DNA of 32,000 nt from Halomicronema hongdechloris C2206 (GTDB lineage Bacteria > Cyanobacteriota > Cyanobacteriia > Phormidesmidales > Phormidesmidaceae), in the NCBI RefSeq assembly GCF_002075285.3, contig NZ_CP021983.2:5545846-5577845 (forward strand). The letters are read 5' to 3'. Shown one piece after another: positions 21,219 to 28,594 of the stretch. The notes beneath the pieces were generated by a model. The model saw nothing but the letters and a program-made list of their open reading frames with translations. It did no database searches and had not been told where the DNA came from. Each line of letters starts with the position of its first letter. The first letter of the stretch is position 1. Position numbers and translations under genes: made by a program.

Positions 21219-24149
21219 CTAGACAGTCGCCACTGCCTCAGGGCCAGGCAGTTGAGTCAGCACCAGATCGTTGTAGTCGAAGTCACTCCAGTCTTCGAAT
21301 CCCCAGCTGTTGCCACTGTGGTCCCAGCGTCCCTGGCTTTGCAGGCTGTCTGCAAGGGTCACCAGCTTGTTGCTGTTCCCCCGTGTCAGCATGGCGGGAG
21401 CCAGATACTGGCCATTGAGGGTATCAAGATCCAGTTCGAAGATCTCCGAGGCGCCATCGTCGACTCCCCATTGCACATCTAACAGACGTTCCCGCACCGC
21501 ATCGTCGTAGCCAGCCTGACCTGGCAGCACGGTTTGGCCATTGACCTCAATGCCGCCTTGGCTATCGGTGAGATAGAAGCTGAGCAGATTGTCGCTGGCA
21601 GATTCTCGGGTCAGTTCAAAGCTGAGGCTAGATTGGCCGGTGATATCGATTAGGGTATCCAGAGGCGCTTGGGGCTGCACAGGGGACTCTACCAACAGCT
21701 GATTGGCAGGCAGCACTGCTGGCTGGTTGGAGACGGCTGCCCCACCACGGCCTTGACTCACCGGTAGTGACGAGTTGATCAGATCGAGGTTATCGATCAG
21801 CAGGGCTGAGTTCACTGAGGTATCGCCGACATCGGCCACGCCAATGGCCACGTTGTAGACACCAGTCTGAGTAAACTCATAGGTGAAGGCATCGTACCCG
21901 GTCTGATTAGCGTAGTCAGCTCCGCCGAAGCTGACGACATCGCTGCCGGTATCGGCGAGTTCACCACCAAACTGGGAATCGATGACAACGAAGCCAAAAT
22001 CGTTGAAAGAGGGGCTAGGGGTGGCTTCGTTGGTCAGGAAGCTCCAATCGAAGCTGAGGGTATCGCCGGCATCGGCTTGGAAGGAGAACACTTCAATGGC
22101 TGAGCCCTCTTGGACATCACCATTGCCCATGGCATCCAGCGCCCCAGCCTGTAACCCCAAGAAAGATTCTAGGGCGGCTTCTGGAGCAGCTCCATCGGCG
22201 GTGGTCACGAGGGCTTGATATTGTCCCTCGGTGGGATTGGCCCCAAAGCTGTTAGTAACCACCGAGGTATCGCCGAGGCTGCGCCAACCGGTGAGGTTAC
22301 CGACTTCAAAGCCCCAGTTGTTCAGGGACTGACTGTCTAGCAGGGCAAAATTATCCACCAGGAGACCGGAGTTGACGGATGAATCGCCTTCGTCGACGAC
22401 GCCGAGGCCGATGTCGTAGGTGCCATCCTGGGCAAAGATGTAGTTGAAGGTGCCGTAGCCAGTTTGGTTACTGAAGCCACTGCCGCCGAAGCTGACGAAG
22501 TCGGCTTGGGTATCGGCCAGTTCGCCGCTGAAGGCATCGCTGATGGTGAAGAAGCCGAAGTCGTTAAAGGAGCTAGGAGTTAGTTCGTTGGTGAGGAAGT
22601 TCCAGTCGAAGCTGAGCAGGTCACCCGCCTGGACGGTGATGGCAGCCAGCTTCAGGGCAGACCCGGTGGTGACATTGCCATTGCCGAACACATCTAGGCT
22701 GCCGGGATTTAATCCCAGAAAACTTTCCAGGCTGGCCTCATCGACAGAGCCACTGCCATTGGTGAGCAAGGCCTGGTAGGTGCCATCGGTAGGACCCACT
22801 CCGATGGTGTCGGTCTCGATGGTGGTCGCGCCCAGGGTGGACCAGCCGGTAAAGTCGCCGAATTCGAAGCTGAGGTTGTCACTGGGGGTAGTGCCAGGAT
22901 TCAGGGCGTTGAAGGCATTGAGCCGGCCGCCAGTTACGGTTTTGCCGGTTAAAGCCGCCACCGGATCGACGCCGTCGAGGATGGCTTGTTTGACCTCCTG
23001 GAAGGAGAGGCTGGGATCTTGACTGAGCACCTGGGCGGCTACTCCGGCTACATGGGGCGTGGCCATGGAGGTGCCGCTGAAGCTGGCATAGCCACCAGGA
23101 ATGGTGCTTAAGATGTCGACCCCGGGGGCAGCCAGATCCACAGAGGTGGCGCCGTAGTTGGAAAAGCTACCGAGTTGATCGGTGTGGTCGGTGGCGGCGA
23201 CGGCAATGATATTGTCCAGGTCGTAGTTGGAGGGATAGTGGGGAATTAGGTCATTGTTATCGCCAATGCCGTCGAGGCCACCATTGCCGGCGGCGGCGAT
23301 GAAGAGCTGATCGGCAGCTCCGGCGGCTGCGATCGCATCGTAGATGGCCTGGCTAGGGGAACTACCGCCCCAGCTGTTGTTGGTCAGATCGGCCCCCATT
23401 AGGGTGGCGTATTCGATGGCCTGGGTGATGGCGAAGGTGGTGGTGGTACCGGCGGCATCGAAGATTTTTAGGGCCATCAACTGGGCATCAGGAGCGACCC
23501 CGGCAACGCCGATGCCATTATTGGTTTCGGCAGCAATGGTGCCGGCCACATGGGTGCCATGGCTATTGTCATCTATGGGATCAGAATCATTGTTGATGAA
23601 GTCATAGCCGTAGACATCATCGACATAGCCATTGCCATCGTCATCGAGGCCATTACCGGCGATCTCCCCGGCGTTGATCCACATGTTGTCGTTGAGATCG
23701 GGGTGGGTATAGTCAATGCCACTATCAATGACGCCGACCACCACAGTGTTGCCAGTGCTCTGCTGCCAGGCCTCGGGGGCATCGATATCGACATCGGGGA
23801 TGCCACCGGTTTGACCGGTGTTATGCAGGCCCCACTGGTCTGACAGGTCGGGATCATTGGGCAGCGGTGGTGTGGTTGGCGTATTTGTCGGTCCCCCTTG
23901 CAGGGTATAGATGGCGTTGGGTTCGATGTACTCCACCAGAGGGTGATCCTGGTAGGCGGCGATGGCTTCTGCTGTGGTCATGCCATCGATCTGCCACAGT
24001 TGCAGCGCATCGCCAGAGGCGGTGGCTAAGACCGAAGCCTGTAAGCCGTTCTGAAGTTGGTCAGCACCGGCCAGGCTAGCGCCTGACTTAAACTTGATGA
24101 TGACTTCACCGGCTTTGATTGGGTTAGACGAGCGGGCGGAGAAATTCAT
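21219..24149 (-). CDS. S8 (subtilisin) family serine peptidase with propeptide, duplicated ~180-aa module and DUF4114-like C-terminus
   Basis: 976 aa. The catalytic triad contexts are VGVIDSGID (Asp142), HGTHVAG (His197) and GTSMATPHVAG (Ser361). There are two tandem homologous modules (aa ~425-604 and ~609-790). The C-terminal WGFEDWSDFDYNDLVL resembles DUF4114. Confidence 0.9.
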   Translation of the reverse strand: MNFSARSSNPIKAGEVIIKFKSGASLAGADQLQNGLQASVLATASGDALQLWQIDGMTTAEAIAAYQDHPLVEYIEPNAIYTLQGGPTNTPTTPPLPNDPDLSDQWGLHNTGQTGGIPDVDIDAPEAWQQSTGNTVVVGVIDSGIDYTHPDLNDNMWINAGEIAGNGLDDDGNGYVDDVYGYDFINNDSDPIDDNSHGTHVAGTIAAETNNGIGVAGVAPDAQLMALKIFDAAGTTTTFAITQAIEYATLMGADLTNNSWGGSSPSQAIYDAIAAAGAADQLFIAAAGNGGLDGIGDNNDLIPHYPSNYDLDNIIAVAATDHTDQLGSFSNYGATSVDLAAPGVDILSTIPGGYASFSGTSMATPHVAGVAAQVLSQDPSLSFQEVKQAILDGVDPVAALTGKTVTGGRLNAFNALNPGTTPSDNLSFEFGDFTGWSTLGATTIETDTIGVGPTDGTYQALLTNGSGSVDEASLESFLGLNPGSLDVFGNGNVTTGSALKLAAITVQAGDLLSFDWNFLTNELTPSSFNDFGFFTISDAFSGELADTQADFVSFGGSGFSNQTGYGTFNYIFAQDGTYDIGLGVVDEGDSSVNSGLLVDNFALLDSQSLNNWGFEVGNLTGWRSLGDTSVVTNSFGANPTEGQYQALVTTADGAAPEAALESFLGLQAGALDAMGNGDVQEGSAIEVFSFQADAGDTLSFDWSFLTNEATPSPSFNDFGFVVIDSQFGGELADTGSDVVSFGGADYANQTGYDAFTYEFTQTGVYNVAIGVADVGDTSVNSALLIDNLDLINSSLPVSQGRGGAAVSNQPAVLPANQLLVESPVQPQAPLDTLIDITGQSSLSFELTRESASDNLLSFYLTDSQGGIEVNGQTVLPGQAGYDDAVRERLLDVQWGVDDGASEIFELDLDTLNGQYLAPAMLTRGNSNKLVTLADSLQSQGRWDHSGNSWGFEDWSDFDYNDLVLTQLPGPEAVATV

Positions 24150-24541
24150 GGTTAGCTCCTTGATTTAGACAGGTTGGGGGGAGCCTGTCAGCAGATGCCA
24201 TCCCTGATTCCATCACGTCTCTGGCCAGCCTGGGATAGTTAATCCTGCCGTTTTCCGGCCTAGACTGCGTATGGGGCTTTATGGAGAACACACCGCATCT
24301 GCTGGGGTTAGTCGAGGGCTCCAACCTTGCGGTCATCGATGAGTACGTCTCACGACGCTGCACCTATGCACTTGATTGACGGACACAAATCTCATGGCTG
24401 GCGGCTAGAAGCCGCACCTATTGCGTTTGTCAGGTAGCTGAGGACATCGAGAATCGCTCCCATGCCTAGACTAGGGAGCTACCCGACCGCAACCGTCCTA
24501 AGCATAGGCACGGTTGCTATGTACAGACACTAGTACAGAAA

Positions 24542-24608
24542 GGCAGAAGGAAAAGGGCAGAAGGCAGAAGGCTTCAATTCAAAATTCAAAATTCAAAATT
24601 CAAAATTT
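24542..24608. repeat. Two abutting heptanucleotide tandem arrays (STRR-like)
   Basis: GGCAGAA occurs 4 times with one degenerate unit (24542-24572). It is followed immediately by a partial TTCAA and four full TTCAAAA units (24573-24608). Confidence 0.85.
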
Positions 24609-24620
24609 ATTGCTACCTTG

Positions 24621-24653
24621 CCGATGCGATGCGATCCACAACGGCTGATCGAC
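24621..24653. repeat. 33-nt direct repeat, copy 1
   Basis: CCGATGCGATGCGATCCACAACGGCTGATCGAC. It is identical to 24831-24863 except at one position (T24630 versus C24840). Confidence 0.85.
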
Positions 24654-24830
24654 CATCCCTTCCGCAGGGTCCAGGGCGGTAGTTCGACTGCGTTGCTCCT
24701 GCGGAGCCGCTTTGCGAACACCACAAGCGGTTCGCCCTGGTCGTAGGAGTCCGAGGGGAACGAGATCCCCTCGGGCGAGCACCCCGAGCTACCCAATTAA
24801 GCGTAGTCTTATCAAGGTCTACTACTCACA

Positions 24831-24863
24831 CCGATGCGACGCGATCCACAACGGCTGATCGAC
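24831..24863. repeat. 33-nt direct repeat, copy 2
   Basis: CCGATGCGACGCGATCCACAACGGCTGATCGAC, lying 100 nt beyond the stop of the minus-strand 156-aa gene. Confidence 0.85.
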
Positions 24864-24962
24864 GCAGGCCGACTTTTGTATAGCAGCGGTTTACTCAAAG
24901 AGAAGCCACTTCGCCCCGCCTTAACGTTTTGTCTTGCCCGCTTCATGGGCTCACCATTGAGT

Positions 24963-25433
24963 CTAGAGCCGTTCCGCCAGATAAGCCCGAAACCCAGCCA
25001 TTTTGCCATTGTCGTTCCAGCGCTCCCCAAAACGCTTGAGGGTCTCAATCAGATGGGGCTCTCCGTCCTGGAGGGCAGGGTCAAAACCCAGCAGCTCTCT
25101 TTGGGGAGTCAGGCTGCTCCAATCCTCGACCTCGGGTTGCCACCACAAGACTCGACAGATGCGATGGTACCAGAGGCCTTCTTCATAGGCTTCACAGTCC
25201 AGAATTTCGACCAGGTGAGTGAGTCTGCCGTTTTGGATCAGGGCCACCTGATCTGCCGCTTCAAGTTGATTCGCCTTATCGGTATGAAACCCCAGAGGAA
25301 AGACCGTGACGTAGTTATGGTCAACAGTGTGCGGCATGTCTCGGATGCGATCGCGCGTGTAGGCCCACCCACTGGGGTCATGGATGACCTTGACCCACTT
25401 CAGCTTTGAGAGGTCGATATGACTCATGTCCAT
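24963..25433 (-). CDS. Hypothetical protein, 156 aa, no family recognised
   Basis: The composition is balanced and globular-looking (Trp, Tyr and charged residues). It is preferred over the antisense ORF 24834..25409, whose translation is Leu/Pro/Ser-rich. Confidence 0.5.
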   Translation of the reverse strand: MDMSHIDLSKLKWVKVIHDPSGWAYTRDRIRDMPHTVDHNYVTVFPLGFHTDKANQLEAADQVALIQNGRLTHLVEILDCEAYEEGLWYHRICRVLWWQPEVEDWSSLTPQRELLGFDPALQDGEPHLIETLKRFGERWNDNGKMAGFRAYLAERL

Positions 25434-25500
25434 AACTCAGTAAGGGGCTGTCAGGCCGGGCAGGAAGCAAGGGCAGAGCCATTACCTGGTTGATGCTCGA

Positions 25501-25826
25501 CTAAGTATCTGCAGGCGATTCAGCGGCGGTCTCAGGGGCAGCCTCGGCGGGGGTGGCGTCGGTTGTTGTCTTCTCGGCGGAGTCAGCCGCAGGGGCTGCG
25601 GGTTGGGGGGTTGCCCGGGAAGGCTTGGGACCGCGCATCAGGGCTGGGTTAACTGGCGGTTTAGGCGTATCTCGTTCACCGCGGTTGCGATCGCGTTTGC
25701 CTTTGCCCTTACCCGTCCCCGCTGCTTCTGTTGCCGGGGGTCTTGCTGATCTCGGGACGCTGGAGACGATTCGGCGCTCTCTGCTTGTTTGGCTCGCTCA
25801 GAGCGCTTAATGGGACGGTCGACCAT
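25501..25826 (-). pseudogene. Small basic low-complexity protein gene with coding signal split over two frames
   Basis: ATG 25826 opens a 62-aa frame (MVDRPIKRSERAKQAES...) that stops at 25638. A second frame stays open from 25797 to TAG at 25501-25503. It encodes codon-like GKGKGKRDRNRGERDTPKPPVNPALMRGPKPSRATPQPAAP...ESPADT but has no start before the Met at 25644. This is consistent with a 1-nt indel near the C5/G4 runs at about 25716-25740. Confidence 0.3.
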
Positions 25827-25977
25827 GGCTAACCCTTGCTAAACACCTAGCTGATCCTAGCGTGAAGCAGTCGCCAGGCAGTGGCTACCCCACTATTGGC
25901 TGGATACGGCAGCCGACTCAATGCCCGAAGCTCAGCCCGAGTGAATAAGTCGCTGGGGCTCAGAAATAGGACTAAAC

Positions 25978-27435
25978 ATGCAGAGAGCTATCCCCATGCA
26001 GAGCCCCATGCAAAGCCCTAACCTTGGCTGCGGTTTGGCTCAATGCCAGACTAAACACAACTTCTTGCCTATTGCCGCTATGGATACCGCCAGCCAATAC
26101 TGGCATCTCATTCGGCTGACTGGGGCTGGCGATGGCCATAGCCACATGGTGCCTCAGGTCAAGACCTGGCTGCAGCCATGGTTAGCCGATGATATTAAGG
26201 ATGCCGAGACCACTCTGCAGCAGCGGCTGATCACGATCTGGCAGGCCAATCACGGCCAAGCCGACCTGGCCCAGCTGAGTCTGCGCTGCTTTATCAGTCA
26301 TCAGATTCGCGATGTCTGCCTGCAATTGGCCCAGCGCTTCGGCCCTACCCATGGCTTTAGCGCCCGGGATTTATTTCCCCTGGTATTAGACGATGACGGC
26401 CAGCTGCAGCCCAACCACCGCCCCTTCACCCTGGAGATTCTAGACACCTACGACCCGACCCAGGCCAATCTCGGCGCCTGGGCCCGGCGGCTCACCCAGC
26501 ACCATCGCGATCTGAATCAGGCCTTGCTGGAGCAGGGCCTCTATCGGGCCAGCGATTGGGCTATCCTCAACGACACCTCTGTCAAGCAGCTGCAGCGGAT
26601 TCTGCAGGACTACCACCACTGCAGTGATCACGAAATCAGCCGGGCCAGCCGGTTACTGCAGCAGTATCACCAGGTGTATCGTCGCGATCGCATCCGCAAC
26701 CGCCAGGGAAGTGCCAACACTCGCTGTCAGCCCCCCAGCCGGGAACAGTTGCAGCGCATTGAGCCGGCCATGGCGCCGAGATCATTGCTACACCGGCTCA
26801 AGACCCTGGCCAGCCAGCTGCGGGCCTATCGCATTCACGTCCGCAGTGGTCACCCCATTCCCTATAGCGATGCCGCCGTCGACTGGACCCAGGTAGCCGA
26901 CCCTAGGCAGTCCTGCCCCAATGATGACGATCAAGCTGCCTTCTTGGCCGCCTATCGCCAGGCCCTGGAGCAAGACCTGGACGCCGCCATTGCCGACAGC
27001 ATTACCACCGCCATCACCCAGCTACGGCAGCGCCGCCCGCCCAAAGATGACCCCTATGTCGAGGGCCTGTATTTATTCCACTGCCAGGGGATGGCCATGG
27101 GGCAACTGGCTCCCCGGCTGGGCCTCAGTGGTCAGGTGCAGGTGAATCGGCTGCTGCAGCTGAAACGCCTGCGGGCCGAGGTGCGTCATCGCCTGATTCC
27201 TAGCCTCTGCCAAACCGTCTACCAAGCGGCCCAACCCTATGTGTCTGCCGCCCAGCTCCAGCAGCTGAACCAGACCCTGGAGCAGCTATTGACCCAGGAG
27301 GTGGATCAGCTCCTGGACGAGGCCCGATCGGAAGCGCAAATTCCTAAAGATCGCACGGCTCAGAGTCTGTTTGCCCGTCGTCTCTGCCACGTAATTCATC
27401 GCTTTCTGTCGTCCCCTGAGACAGCCCTTGAATGA
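25978..27435 (+). CDS. Divergent sigma-70-like / HTH regulatory protein
   Basis: 485 aa (451 aa from the likelier start ATG 26080, MDTASQYWHL). LSLRCFISHQIRDVCLQLAQRFG resembles a sigma region-2-like helix. LYLFHCQGMAMGQLAPRLGLSGQVQVNRLLQLKRLRAEVRHRL resembles a region-4 helix-turn-helix. The stop overlaps the next start (ATGA). Confidence 0.5.
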   Translation: MQRAIPMQSPMQSPNLGCGLAQCQTKHNFLPIAAMDTASQYWHLIRLTGAGDGHSHMVPQVKTWLQPWLADDIKDAETTLQQRLITIWQANHGQADLAQLSLRCFISHQIRDVCLQLAQRFGPTHGFSARDLFPLVLDDDGQLQPNHRPFTLEILDTYDPTQANLGAWARRLTQHHRDLNQALLEQGLYRASDWAILNDTSVKQLQRILQDYHHCSDHEISRASRLLQQYHQVYRRDRIRNRQGSANTRCQPPSREQLQRIEPAMAPRSLLHRLKTLASQLRAYRIHVRSGHPIPYSDAAVDWTQVADPRQSCPNDDDQAAFLAAYRQALEQDLDAAIADSITTAITQLRQRRPPKDDPYVEGLYLFHCQGMAMGQLAPRLGLSGQVQVNRLLQLKRLRAEVRHRLIPSLCQTVYQAAQPYVSAAQLQQLNQTLEQLLTQEVDQLLDEARSEAQIPKDRTAQSLFARRLCHVIHRFLSSPETALE

Positions 27436-28586
27436 GTCGTTCTTCCCACACCGTCACCATGATGATTTCTATGAGCACTCCCGTGTCGCCCCAGGATTTT
27501 GACATTGCCCCTTGGCGCCCTAACACTGTGACCCTGCCAGAGACAGCAGTGCAGTGGGCCCTGCAGACATGTCAACCGATCCCAGATCCGGCCCAACAAT
27601 GGCAGATATTTCTACAAGCGCTGGCGCTACAGGGGTTTCAGCAGTGGTTAGCTGCTGGCACCTTAGAGTTGCCCCTGAGTGATGCTGGCCAACAGCAGCT
27701 GGAGGCAGGAATGACGACTTATCAGGTGGAGGGGTTCCGCCTCTGCCTGGTGGCCCAGGGTAGCCTCAGCGATGACCGGGTGACCCTGCCAGCAGCCAGC
27801 CTAGCGGCGACCAACGCCCATGCCCATTTCTGGGTTTTGCTGGAGGTGCAGGAAGAGGTCAACCAGGTGACGGTGCTGGGCAGTCTGCGTTGCGATCGCA
27901 TCACCGCGGCCCAACCCCTGCGGCCCAACGCCGAGGGCAGCTACACCGTGCCCATCGCCGCCTTCGACACCGCCCCCGAAGAGTTATTGCTGTACCTGAG
28001 CTGTTTGGACCCGGCCCAGTTGGCCGCCCCCAGCCTGGTTCGTCCCGCCGCCGAGGATATTCACCCCGGCGCCACCGACCGGCCCATCAATGTGGGCCGC
28101 TGGCTACAAGACCAGCTAGACGCCATGGCCGCCAGTCTGGCCTGGACCCTGCTGCCGCCCCTGGTGCCCACCACCGCTGGCCTGCGCAGCCCCAGCGAAA
28201 CCTTGACGGCGATGCTGGAGGAGCTGGAACCGACCCTGCCGGTGCCGGAGACGGCCGAGGGGCCTACACCGGATTTGCAGCGCTTTGGCTTGCCCTTTCG
28301 GCTCTATGCCCTCACCTGGACCCTGTTTGAATCGGCAACCCCGGAATGGTCTCTCCTGTTGCTCCTGGGTCCGGTCGACGGCCGTCAGCTGCCTGCCGGG
28401 ATCCGGCTGATGCTGCAGGATCAGCACACCATCCTGGTGGATCAGACCCTGAGCACCGACGCCGACGCCACCTATCTCTACGGCCAGGTCATCGGCACCT
28501 GGGAGGAAGAGTTCATGGCCACGGTGCAGTTACCCAGTGGCTCTACCCTCACCTTCCCCCCCTTTGTGTTTAACCCTGCCCCCTAG
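27432..28586 (+). CDS. DUF1822 family protein
   Basis: 384 aa. The N-terminal pattern (AVQWALQTC...QQWQIFLQALALQGFQQWLAAG) and the central block (AHFWVLLEVQEEVNQVTVLGSLRCDRI) fit my memory of cyanobacterial DUF1822. It sits in its usual neighbourhood beside sigma-like and CHAT genes. Confidence 0.55.
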   Translation: MSRSSHTVTMMISMSTPVSPQDFDIAPWRPNTVTLPETAVQWALQTCQPIPDPAQQWQIFLQALALQGFQQWLAAGTLELPLSDAGQQQLEAGMTTYQVEGFRLCLVAQGSLSDDRVTLPAASLAATNAHAHFWVLLEVQEEVNQVTVLGSLRCDRITAAQPLRPNAEGSYTVPIAAFDTAPEELLLYLSCLDPAQLAAPSLVRPAAEDIHPGATDRPINVGRWLQDQLDAMAASLAWTLLPPLVPTTAGLRSPSETLTAMLEELEPTLPVPETAEGPTPDLQRFGLPFRLYALTWTLFESATPEWSLLLLLGPVDGRQLPAGIRLMLQDQHTILVDQTLSTDADATYLYGQVIGTWEEEFMATVQLPSGSTLTFPPFVFNPAP

Positions 28587-28594
28587 AGGCCGCC

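Noticed and set aside
24704-24735. Group II intron domain V-like helix (GAGCCGCTT...AAGCGGTTC, with the G-T wobble in the AGC position).
   Set aside because: The upper helix, the 2-nt bulge and the GNRA tetraloop are absent. There is no intron-encoded RT or maturase, and no other intron domains are evident in ~200 nt. This is probably a chance resemblance, though an intron-remnant scan would settle it.
24621-24863. CRISPR mini-array, or type III toxin-antitoxin RNA repeats.
   Set aside because: There are only two repeat copies, 177 nt apart, which is far longer than a spacer. There are no cas genes, no tandem repeat array and no toxin gene positioned after the repeats.
24834-25409. 191-aa plus-strand ORF antisense to the 156-aa minus-strand gene.
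   Set aside because: It has a Leu/Pro/Ser-rich, motif-less translation, and it begins inside the 33-nt repeat. The minus-strand product looks more protein-like. This is not fully excluded.
25553-25810. 85-aa plus-strand ORF (GTG start) opposite the small basic-protein gene.
   Set aside because: The translation is Gly/Ala/Leu/Arg-rich and looks like the antisense of the more codon-like minus-strand frames.
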